Shown here piece by piece: positions 40,131-51,914 of a stretch of DNA of 64,000 bases. Source of the DNA: Blasia pusilla (taxonomy: Eukaryota); assembly GCA_050084515.1 (NCBI GenBank), contig CM114271.1, positions 14,632,001 through 14,696,000 of the forward strand. The letters run 5' to 3'. The translations under genes were made by a program, and so were the position numbers. Within the stretch, counting starts at the first letter, position 1; the number at the start of each line of letters is the position of its first letter. The notes under the pieces are model-generated. The model was not told the DNA's origin. It searched no databases and was given only the letters and a program-made list of their open reading frames with translations.

Positions 40131-41265
40131 ATATCTATGCGCATGATACATCAGCATGAGTTCAAGCATCATGATATGAGCAACTTTTTATCCTTTGACT
40201 CAATTTCCCCCCATTGCAAATGATTGGCCGCTTAATTGCCCATATTATGTTTCTAATGGCCCCACTTCTCAATTTTCTTCAAAGGATCTTCCCCAAATAT
40301 ATCAAATCCCCATTTACAATTGGCTAGATCCCTTCACATCCCTTTTCAATCTAGCATAGTTTTTTTACTAATATTTGCACAATTAATTGGTAGTTGCAAA
40401 CATTCACTTGAGGTCTTGGAAGTTAAGCCTACAAATACTTGCCTTTCCATTTCATTGCTAATTCCATCTGCATGAAGAGAGCTTCACTTGAGCATGTGGC
40501 CTCAAAACCTAGTATGTGAGAGGAATTCCTTCCTCTCTCCAATGAATTTTTACTTGCAATACCCGATTAAGATGCTAGCCAATTAAGTTCAAATATGCTA
40601 ATGGAAGCATTGAATAATCAAAGATTTTTCATCACCCTTATAGAAGTAGAAGTCAAAATATTTATGGTATGTGTTTATTATCATTTAATGCCTTCCAAAA
40701 AGTCCTTGATCTAGGACCATCACACTATTTTCCTCCCCCATGCACTCTACAATAGTGAACAAAGAAAGTTCAAACTTTATTGTGAGGATGCTTGTGAAAT
40801 CCACTTGCAACATATCTTATAGGATATAGTACATTTTTTAAAATGGATAGTGGAAAAAGGTCTCCACAATATTTATTGCATATATTAGATGAATTGTGAG
40901 TTGGGTCTAATCTTGGAGAAACATGCAAAAAAGGAAAATAAGAGTAAAGTAAAAAAAACATTCAATGCACTATCCATTAAGGATACCCACAAAAATAAGT
41001 TTGTGAATGGACCTTCCATCTCAAAAGCAATTCACTTATTTGAGACATAACTTTCGCAAATAGTCACCTTATTATTAGCATTATGGTAGCTTGTTAAAAA
41101 TTCTTAATGATGAATTATACTTGTGAATTTTTTCCTCTTCAAGAAAATAATGTATTGAAATACCAATTCCCAATGGATTAATGATGGTGAATTTTAAAGT
41201 CGTTAGTCTTAAATAATACATGACAGGTTCTTCTTAAAAAAAGAAAGGGTATTTTTTTAATATAA

Positions 41266-41483
41266 TCTATATCTATATTATTATAGGAGAGTGCCTTCTA
41301 GATTTGCAAATACCCCTTTGCTTGACATGTGGCAACTCGGCAACAAGAAAAAATTTCACATACGATGGGCAAAAAAAAAATCAAAATTATGTGCAACATC
41401 ATTAATGTCTTCCCTTCACAGGCTATACACTAACTCTTCAAACACTTTTTTATTTCTCGTGCATCGCAAGAGCACCTTACTAG
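41266..41483 (+). mobile_element. Non-autonomous mini-Helitron with doubled 5' head and two 3' tails
   Basis: A|TCTATA-TCTATATTATTATAGGAGAGTGCCTT start. Degenerate ggctatacactaa tail at ~41421-41434. Final ctcgtgc-atc-gcaagag-caccttaCTAG|T matches the large Helitron 3' end. Confidence 0.8.
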
Positions 41484-41815
41484 TTATTATTATTAGAGAC
41501 AAGCGTCCCTCTTTCACACATGTCCTATGGGGTTTGGCTTCCTATTATTATACATGTTCCATCTAATTAGTTAAGTATACCCATCTAAGTTTAAAGGAAT
41601 GTACCAATGGTGCTCATTATTAGCCTGTGTAGAGCACAGACCTCTATGAATAGATTAGAATTTACAAACCTCAATCCCCTTTCCTCTATTTTATGTGTTC
41701 TTCCACTACATTTTAAACTTCAATTTTCCAATCTTATCCATGATTCTCTCTCTTCTTCATTTGAAAAACGTTCACTCTAACCTCCTTGCTTCATAGAAGA
41801 AGAGAAGCAATGGTA

Positions 41816-42113
41816 AGTATAACAAAGTAAACTATTGAGTTCATACTTCATAGTGATCACATGCATGGATAGTATGTGGTATATCACTATGTATTAGATA
41901 CGGAGTTGAGTGGGGGAAGCAATGTATTTTTATGGGAAAAGCGTGGTGATTGGGGATAATTTGGAAAAATTATCCATTAATGTGATCACTAATCGGTCTA
42001 ATATAGAAAAGAAGTAGTAATCTCAATAGTAATCTCCACAATAATCTCAATCACTCCTGCATTGAGTAGAGCCATTCAAAGCCGGACAACTCAATAGTTT
42101 ACTTTGTTATACT
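41816..42113. mobile_element. MITE (298 bp) with perfect 26-bp TIRs and TA flanks
   Basis: TA|agtataacaaagtaaactattgagtt ... aactcaatagtttactttgttatact|TA. Confidence 0.85.
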
Positions 42114-42542
42114 TAGCATGCCCATGCAAAGCATGAAAAGAGAACTTATTATTAAAAAAAAAATTGCCACTCCCCAATAAATTTCTCTATTCCCAAATCC
42201 ATTCATTTTTTCAATTTCTGAAAGGAGTGGTAACACCTCATTCCATTAAATAAACCCACTCCTAATCAAAGGTTGAAGTAACACCTCACTCCTCCATGAA
42301 GTTTGAAATGACGCCCCTCTCCTCAACACAAGTTGAAATAACATCCCACTCTTGTACAAAGATTGAAACCATATCCCTTTCCTTCCTGAAAGTAACATCA
42401 CTTCTTCATGAATTAAATTAGTTCCCCTATCCCAAAATCCAAACTAGTTTTCCATCTCCAAAATCATTAACCTTGAATTGAAAGATAAAATAATATTCTT
42501 ATTACCAAAATAGTATAGTGTCTATTGTCTTTCTATTATGTA

Positions 42543-42771
42543 CTAGTGGGTGCCCCTGGAAACAAAAAACGTTTTAGAGGAGTCATTTAAGGTCCATCTT
42601 GTGAAAAAAAGTGACGAGAATGAAATGACTAATGATAAATTCAAAAAAAATTTACACATTCAAAGAAAATTTACCGCCAACGCATGAAATATTTTCTTGC
42701 TACCCAATTGCCACATGTCAACGGGAGACCTGTTGGCCAATCAAAAAGGCACTCCCCAACAATAATATAGA
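42543..42771 (-). mobile_element. Non-autonomous mini-Helitron (~229 bp)
   Basis: Minus strand A|TCTATATTATTGTTGGGGAGTGCCTT...ttgacatgtggcaa...gcaagaaaa; ends gggcacccaCTAG|T. Confidence 0.75.
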
Positions 42772-43566
42772 TTCCTGTGCTTATTGAATTACCGATAATA
42801 GCATAAATTCCTCGACAAATTGTTTAGGTTAATATATGGCAAATTGTGTTCACTCAAATGACCACAAATGTCAACATCATAGACCATAGAACAAGTTTTT
42901 CTAAGAGTTTTGCTTCAGATTGCTGCGCTTTTCTGCATATGGATGATAAACCCATAGCGAGTTAAAGTCCACCACCCTACTCATGTTTCACTAGCCCTAC
43001 CATCGATAATAACAGCAGCTGGTACTTAAAACTCACAGGTGGAGAGAAAGTTTAGAGTCCGGGTCCAAAGAACATCCTCAACAACAGTTCTCATGTTATT
43101 GGAATTATGAAGTAAGAACAGTTAGAGGAGCTCGTGGCTCAGTATTTCTGAACACATCTCAGTTTATCACAAACATAAATAGGGCATAAGGCAAGGGCAA
43201 ACAAGTAATACTCAAGGTAATTAACAGCTTTGGACATCCAATACTAAGGTCGCCCAGAGTGGTGTTAAACTTTGAGGGCTGAGCCAGATCTTTCGACTCC
43301 AAACGCACAAACTTGCACAAAGAACAAGTATTTCTGTTCTGCAATGCCAGATCTATTTCCGCTGCGACACGGCTCCAAGTCCCAAAACTCATACTAATTC
43401 CCTAACAGACTACACTATCAAAATTCTCGAACAATCTCAATTCAGATCTTCACACATTCAGGCCATGCAGCTTGTTACTAAGTTAGTGAAGACACTGCAT
43501 CGTATCATTGTTGAATGTAAAATTATCTGAATTCCATGAATGTGAGTTTAGGTGAGTTTAGGAGCA

Positions 43567-46500
43567 CTAAATGTAGGAAATTTGTTGCCACTTGTTTGCA
43601 CTAAAACTAGCATCTCGGTAGCCCATTTTGTTCAGCAGCCGATCCATTTGTCTAGCTCCCTCCTCATCACCTGCCCTCATACAGCGCCTCCAGATTTTGA
43701 AAATACTTTCTCTGGGTGGGGTGTGTCCTGCATTAACCTTCAAACCACCGTGTTGGAATTAGCAACATCACCCTAATAACTAATTACATCCAACCCGGAC
43801 AATATTCCAAAATGCCTATCACCATGACATTGACAAGTATCATTGTTCAAGCCAACCAGACCATTGAGGTAAAATGAGATCCAAACTTTCAGAATTTACG
43901 GCAACAATTTATAAGCAAACTAACAGTCAGATTGCATGAGAAACACTGGGCTTTGCTCGAATGTGGCCCCAGGAATGTGTAACAATTTTCAATAGATCAG
44001 GCTTATTAATTCATCTTCTGCCTCGAGTAACCACAAAAGAAAGATACACTAAACCCGGACCACCTACCATGGCATCCAACGTATCCATAGCAGCCTTGAT
44101 ATCTCGATTAACAAGATGGGCATGAATGAGAACGCTGTAAGTTCGATGATCTGGTGCTATTGCCATTTCTGACATGTAACTGAAAATCTGTAGCACTTCT
44201 GCAGTCTTCACACGACAAAATGAAGAACAAATACATTCAGAACCCCACTGCAGAATTCATGCAATATCTGTTGGCCACATCTGGATACAACAACATTCAG
44301 CTAAGGGTTGAAGCACACTTGTATCCAGACATGACCTATCCTTCAAGCTATGTGTCCAAACACCAGGATCCAAAAACGAAATCAAAACTTTCTTTTTGCC
44401 AAGCCAATGCTGAGTTCCGAAACTTGACGACAGCAAAATTTGTGAGTGATATGTTGAACTCTAGTAACCATTTTGAAGTGAAAAATATAAGCGGAAAGGC
44501 TCAGGATCTGATTGTTTGACTACTTAAAGGATCCATACTGAAGCCGAACAGGAATAAAAAACTGAACCCCTTCTAGCACATCTCAGACACTGCTTTTATA
44601 CCTTCCTGTTTTTGCCAAAGACATCCAACAGGGCATTGCAGGAGTGCACATCAGGCATCAAATTGAAAGTGGTCCCAATTGCTTCAAAAGTTTGGTAAGC
44701 TCGATCATAATCCCAAATGTTTGAACACCCTTGAATCACGCAATTGATTGCTGACAGAGCCACCTGTTTCTCACTACTTTGCATTTCTGCCAATTTGTAG
44801 TAAGCCTGTGAGCAACACACACACCTATTCTCGGCTTAGTATCAAAATTACAAACAATTTAAGCTTGAGGAAATTGAGATCACGATACAGTAAGACAACA
44901 GCTTCAAATGCTCTGATCTATCTTCCTCTCCAGATCCTGATAAAAGTGGCTGATTAACCTGTACAACAACATAGATAAACTGATACAGAATTTGATTTAA
45001 GAATTACATATAACTGTCGCCATTCAAATATCCAGAGTGACGAAGCTCAACTCTTGGTTGGTATTAAAGCACAAAAATTCAACATCACCTCAACCTCACC
45101 GCATCAAGAGCTGCAAACCCGCCTCGTGTACATGCCAATACAAGCGGTCGCAAAGATGAAACTGGGGAGAAAATTTCTCTCTCTACGTCATTCTGGGAAG
45201 CACCATACACAGATTCCATCTCATGCAATGTGCTAAAAGCTATGTCAAAGTCCCCAGCTGAAGCAAGTGCATGTATGCGGGCATGATAACTTGAGGGACA
45301 AGGAGGTTTGGTTCCACGGAAGGAACTTCGGAGTATGGTCCAGGCTTCTGTTGATAAAGCAGCATCCCCAGCCCTGGCAGCACAGGCAAGCATTGCATGA
45401 ATGCCACCTTCGTCCATTGTTAGGTTTCTTGTAGACCTGCTTAATTCTGTTTCGGAGAGAAATTTAAGGGCAAGGTAGACACACTCAGCATCGTCAAACT
45501 CTGCTGCAACTACAGCCAATTCCGCAATGTTTTGTAGTTGTGGTACAACATTATGCGCCTGCACACGGCAATACCAAGCATCTCAAGCCATCAGAACCCA
45601 GCCATAAGAGCTCTTTTAGTACCGAATGGACTCTAGAGCAACGTATGTAGTGAAGCCAATGGCACTAGGTTAGGAACTCTAGATACAGCGAAGTAACAGG
45701 GATCGATTGTGGAAACTCGTGAGTTAAATTATGGACAGCACAAGCACTTTCACATGGGCAGGAGTTACCTTGAGGTCTTTTAACAGGGACACAGCAGTCC
45801 TAGTGCGAAGCAGTCGTGTAGCAGCGAGCAGCAACTCGTTGTAGGTTGTTTTACTGGGCACATAACCCCTTTGATACATTGCTTGTAAATGCTTCATGGC
45901 AGAATCAAGTCTTCTATCGAGCGCACAAAGAACAATCACAAAGTTGTACGAATCGCCATCTGGTTGCGCCTCCGGCCCAGATTGCTCCATTCTGATTGAT
46001 AGAAAACCAGAAAGAGAGAATTGGTATGCGTGTCTAGTTCACTCGACGGAAAGACCCCGAGAAAATTCAATATCGATCGCCAATCAGACTACCGCAGTAG
46101 CTAGTGAGCCGAAAGGTTTTCACGGTCCGGCAAATCGTAGGGCGTAAAATCAAAACTTTGCACGACAACCTGCCAAATTTCTGAACACATATCAGATTTC
46201 ACGCACCTCTCAAGTATCTTCTCTGCCATTTGGGAATCCCGCTGACGAAAGATAGCTCGCAAGAGAAAATTGTACGTGAGGAGATTAGGCTTCGCTCCGC
46301 TGAACTCCATCTCCTTCACAATTTGCATCAGATTCTGAGGATCTACACCTAGCCTTAGTTTCGCATGAAGCAAGAGATTGTAGGCCATTACATTTGGGAC
46401 CTTTGCCTTCCCATCAAGATCCGGGAATTTGACCCAGTCTTCAAACAGTTGGATAGTTTCTTCCAGCTTACCAAGGGAAAGACGATTGGACATCTCTCTT

Positions 46501-46955
46501 CCTAGCATTTCAATACTAAGCCTTCCTACTTCAGATGGAGGACTCAGACCTGCCGGAAGGCCAGCTGCAGGGTTGGGAAGCACAGAGAATCCTGAAATAA
46601 CAGGGCTGTAACTACGGAGTGGAGAGGATACAGGTCGGTACCCTGGCGCAGGCTCCAGGGCAGGGATTTCTGTTTCCAATTGCGAGCTTTGAGAGACCAA
46701 AGCACTTGTTGTAAAGCTCCTCGTTCCATGAAGTGCACGACCAAATTTGATTATTCCTGACTCGTTGATCGAATCCCCAGATTTATCCGTCAAAATCGAG
46801 CTGCTTAAACGGTTGCTTTCCACTACGCTCACCTTCGGGGGTAGAAAGCTCAAGGAAAATAGACATCTGCTTAAACCCTTTAAAGTCGACGCATCTCCAT
46901 TAAAATGCCTCGACAAATACTTGGTGGACGCTCGCAAAGAAGCCATGCTTTCCAC
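43567..46955 (-). CDS. Mitochondrial P-class pentatricopeptide repeat protein (At1g26460-like), 6 exons, 647 aa
   Basis: Exons 46955-46207, 45991-45769, 45558-45100, 44805-44602, 44205-44068, 43737-43567. Total 1944 nt, in frame, TAG at 43569-43567. Arg/Ser/Leu-rich presequence. PPR motifs PNVMAYNLLL, PNLLTYNFLL, PDGDSYNFVI, PSKTTYNELL, PDVHSCNALL, PDHRTYSVLI. GCSNIWDYDRAYQTFEAI recalls the At1g26460 family (from memory). Confidence 0.92.
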
Positions 46956-47366
46956 CCGTGTAATTCAACCAGATCTCTCTTCACACTTAACCGGGCATCG
47001 GAAGCACGAGCATCAGAGGTGCCGGATCGACTTGTAAGCGTCAGGACTACTGGTTTAATCAATTTCCAGCTCCTGCGTCGTCTCGTGCTCTTCCAGCGGT
47101 CGCATCTTTTCCCTCCTTTTGAAAATGTGCATCACTTCCTGTTCCTGCCGATCACGCCTGCACCAATGCCCTGTCCAGAAAAATAACAAACACCGCTCTA
47201 CCTAAAACCCCCGCAACCGATTCAACGATCTCCGTCACATAATCTGAGATTGATTACATGTTGATTTCTTCGAAAAGTCGAACCCATGGTACATCAAAAC
47301 CCCCCACACTCCTCACTCTCGTGAGAATCAGACTTCGTTTCGTTGCGTATCCCGTCCTTTCACAGT

Positions 47367-47375
47367 TAGGGTTTT
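47367..47375 (-). promoter_or_regulatory. Telo-box (AAACCCTAA) upstream of the PPR gene
   Basis: ttagggttt on the + strand, about 410 bp upstream of the ATG. Confidence 0.35.
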
Positions 47376-48919
47376 TTGGACGGAGACTCACGGAACTCAA
47401 CGGAGAGGTTTGTCTTATTTCACGAGGGCGTATCGTAATGAGGGAAAAAGAAGAAATTTTTTTCTTTGTAATTCAAACCACCCCTTCGAGAGGAATGGGA
47501 GAAAACCAGTACCTTTTAGGATTTTGCCTTTTATAATGGAATAACAAGAATAGATGGGGAACAATCGTATTCGGATCGGTGCTAACACATCAGATGTTTG
47601 GAGGGAGAACACTAATCCGGACACACATATATCCTATTTCATATTAATGACAAAATTAATACCAAGCTCGGATGCTAATAGATGCTAACATCCTACCTTT
47701 CAAAATTCGCATTCTAAAGTCAAGAAAGTGCAAAATAATTTACATTTTGCAAGCTATGTAGGGGTAGTAAATAATTAGTAAACATTTGTGGAAGACACTT
47801 GGATAACCTAGATGGGAAAAAAGGAGGGGGGGGGGGGAGAGTGTATGTAGGGGCCGTAAAGACCAAAAATTGTGATTAGAGAATGGAGATGACGGAACAC
47901 AAAAAATGCTCCATGGTTGACCGAAAATAGGTGTTTAGTTCTTGTATGGCAAAGTTACCATGATTCTCCCTCCATGCATAGACATGGTGGGTGCTTGGCG
48001 GGAAAATCTTGGAGCAGCAAGCTTCAAGCTTATGAACTTATTCCACCTTGTAGTACCTTATGTGCTTATTTTAGACGTTGAGCATGCATCAATAGAATGT
48101 TGCCTAAGTGGGAAGGGTTCTTGTTGCAAAGTTGGTGGATGTTGAGATGGAAAAAGAATTCAATTATGAATTCCCTCCGACTTGGGTGAAAGATTGTACA
48201 AGTTCTTACCAACAAAGAATGTCGTTACACTTACCATGCGTGCAAATTCCTCATAAATAACCATAATGGACGTTGTAATAAAACTATAGAATCTTGAAGG
48301 GGCCCTAAAGAGATTACCGACCACGTTCATAGTGAATACGACTATATTTGGTAGTGGATACTCTTTTTGTGATGTGATGGACCATGTAGTCCATTGTCTC
48401 TCGAAGTATATTGTAAGGCATGTTGGTGATGGACTTAACTAAGGTGATTTCGGAAGTTTCTTTCGAATGTTTAAGCATGGACAAGCATGTGTTTCATGTT
48501 CAACTACAATCGACAAGGTTGTAGATGCTACTTGTAGAGCATAGCATGGGTTCAATGGAAAGTGTTGCTCATAGAGCGACATTGCATCTATTTTCAACTT
48601 CAAGGTCACTTCCACTTGCTGTGAATGTGGATGGAGATGCACAATCAAAAAATATAATTTGTTCATTTGGTACAATAGACGTGATGAGCCGCATAGGCAA
48701 AAACCTACTCAACAAGTATCCAAGGAGAAAACGTGACGTTCATGTTGTAGTGGCCAAATCTCATCATCAAGTGAAGGACCTAAAAAGAAGCTTTGATAAC
48801 ACTAGAGGCACCATGAATAGGTTGGAAGCCAAATTTGATAAATTTTGCCATCATGTAAGCTCATTAGTGGAGGCTATTAGATTCATGATTGAGTCTTTGA
48901 AGGTAAGTGTTCTTGGCAT

Positions 48920-50630
48920 TGTCCTGCGCATACACATCACTACACAACATACATTGTTGTCACCAAACATACACATAAACACATACGATCCCATGCTAAC
49001 TCATGGCATCCAAACAACGAGACGAGAAGTACCAAAATATCTCCAATTGTAAATCAATGAGATCTCTCTCAACATCTCGCACCAAGCTCTCCATGGTGTG
49101 CACTCTCTCCCTCATGTCAAACCAAATCCACTATCCTAATGAGAGTCTCGGGTTACACACACAAGGCAAGGAGGACCATAGCTCCGTCGCCCCATGCCAA
49201 GAGGTTCAACAAAGAGAGAATGAGCTCTCAAGCTACATCTCTTGGAGGTATACACCCTTCCCTCTCCCAAGCTCTCTCTCCTCGATAACCTAAGCTCCCA
49301 GATCACCTTCTTAGCTCTTGACCTACTGTAGCGGGTCAAGAGCCACTTCCCAAAGTAGAAATGCAACTATGCTCTAAATAGAAACTTACCCAAAATAGTA
49401 AGTTTCTCTACATGGCTCCAAATGAGCTGAAACAAAGGGGAAATCTGCTTTCTCAAGTTACCCATGGTCTCAACAGGTCATCCTCAACCTTCTAAGGTTG
49501 TCCTCCAATATATCCAAAGGCACTCTACTAGATCTCATCGATCTATCCTAAAAGACGTGATAGTTGTCGTGCGCATACACATCACTACACAACATACATC
49601 GTTGTCACCGAACACACACATAATCACGCACGATCCCATGCTAGCTCATGGCATTCAAACAACGATACGAGAAGTACCAAAATATCTCCAATCGCCTCCT
49701 AATTGGTGATTAGGTCCCTCTAACTCTAGATAGCCATCTATTCCTACCTACCATTACATACATCTCTCGGACGCTAAGAGCAAAAAGGTCGGTTGATCAT
49801 GTGGCCCCATCACTAGTCGTCTTCTTGTCATCCATATCACAGATACAAGTCGGAATGTAGAACTACCTACGTTATGTACATCTGGGACACATCCATCATC
49901 CCTGATGAACCCTAGTGAGAGATGGCGTCAACATACATTGCAAGCTAAGCATGTAGGAACTACTGCTAAGCTCGTATCAACTATACCATCAATGTTAGGA
50001 AGGCAACATGGCGCACAATTACGCACGTGATCCTTCCAAACCATACCATCGCGTACCTCCAATAAGAGAACACCAGATGGCAAAACCTCACGTACTCTCA
50101 AGATAGTGCGTTTTGCAGTCATATCCAATGTCGTGGGTGTCGTTAACTGCAAGTAGACATAATCTCCCTGATGAAACCTCCGGATAGTAGGTCGGTAATC
50201 ACCTCCCTGAATAGTCACATACCTCAACGTATCCCGATACTGCACAATCGCCAAGTTCTCAAACGCCATGGGCATCATTCTCCGAAATAACTCAGCCCTC
50301 TGAGAACATGCTCGCATCCACACATGAGGGTCATCAAGGTTCAACACCTCGCCAACATCTCGACAAATGGCCGCAGGTAGATCCTGCTCTTGGCCATAAA
50401 GTAGCAAGTACGGTGAGAAAGACGCTAAGGATGTCTGCCTGCTGAATCTGTATCTCATCGCCAACCAAGACTACTAGAGGTCCCAATCTCCTAGATGACC
50501 TCTCTGCAAGCCATACTTTGCAATCCTATCTTCATCGTCTGCACAACCCTCTCCGCTAGTCCATCCGCCTCAGGATGATCTCGTGAAGTGGTGCGGTGGT
50601 CGATCAACGCCGGATCACACAAGGCCTGAA
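48920..50630 (-). mobile_element. 3' end of a Gypsy element of the DNMT-Gypsy LTR family: integrase C-terminal half, PHD remnant and terminal repeats
   Basis: Integrase core HRTTSRDHPEADGLAERVVQTMK (~50600-50530), then AMRYRFSRQTSLASFSPYLLLYG and FHQGDYVYL. Ends CNVC and, after a frameshift, LTPSLTRVHQG*WMCPRCT*. Segment 49562-49048 matches the family LTR. Confidence 0.85.
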
Positions 50631-51914
50631 ACAAGGGCTATTGTGACTATTTGAAGCCACAAAAAATAAGAAGCAGCCCCTATGCTTATATGCCTACATT
50701 TGACAAATAGATGCTCCATCAAAAAAATGCACAAGAAATAAGTGTCCTTCCTTTGGAAATAATCATCCGCCATCTTTTGCATGTCCATGGCACCTACTCA
50801 ATCGGATCTTTAAACTAACATGGTCAACTCACAAAAGAATCCCAAATTTTTTCCATGAACAATGATTTAGAGAACGTCAGGACTAATATCCCGCCAAAAT
50901 TTACTACAATCATGAAGCTTGAATTTGAGAAGTAGGAGGCGCATACTTTTTGACATCACCCAAGCTTGCAACATCTTATACTTGAAGAGGGTGCATAGGC
51001 TTGGTTTGTATTGATGTGTTGAAGCGTCAAAGACTAGGTGTTAGAAGAAAAAATTTCATCTATTTCATGCAACAATATTTGTAGTTTAAGAGAGAATAGA
51101 TACTAGGCTTTGATAGGAGACAATGTGTTTAGTCAGATGTACATGTGGAGAGGCCTTGAGTGACCTACATGCATTTTCTAAGAATGTCGTAGAGATTTCT
51201 TGGAGGTTCTTGATTTATTAAAAGCCTGCTATGTAGATGGAGGTTGAGATTGAGGACCAATAACCACCGTATATCTAATATATGATACTCACCTTGGGAT
51301 ATAACAAGGTCAACTCCTCCACGATAGGTTTCTTCTCTAGTAGGTATTGTGGGCATATACATCGCTACACAACCTATATTGATATCAAATATTAATCATA
51401 AGTATATTAACATAATACATACTACATAACATATCACATAAAGAGGTCATACAATAATAATCAAGCCAAATCGTAGACTTACTCGGTATGAGGAAATCCA
51501 TATTTAATGCATGTCAATAACATCTTGTCGTAGCTTATGCTTGGAAGGCTCAACTATGGAAAGATGAGCATCTTCAAATCTCCCTTTAGGATATACCTCA
51601 TGGTATTCATATTATCCATTCTAGTCTTAATCTTGCACTTGTGAGGATTTTCCTAAGGTGTTGGGTATTTGACGTATTACACTGAAAGGGAAAATATGTA
51701 TTGAAGGTAGAATATTTGTGGATTAGGCACGGCATATACTTATATGGGATGCCTTTGAGGGGTTTCCCATCATCTATATTATGATAGAGTCAACCTATAC
51801 TAGTATAGATTGTTACCACGCCATGCCATATATGGTATGCAAACAATCTACGCTACATATATACCAAATCATATGGCAATGTGGATTGGGGTTTTTGTGT
51901 TTAGTTGGCAATTA

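Noticed and set aside
48525-49052. 175-aa ORF with a coiled-coil-like stretch
   Set aside because: It runs into the retrotransposon terminal repeat, has no recognisable domain or splice structure, and is probably a TE remnant.
48919-50630. Classification as a DIRS/Ngaro tyrosine-recombinase element
   Set aside because: The adjacent ORF is a DDE-type Gypsy integrase (HPxxDGxxER motif), and I saw no tyrosine recombinase motifs.
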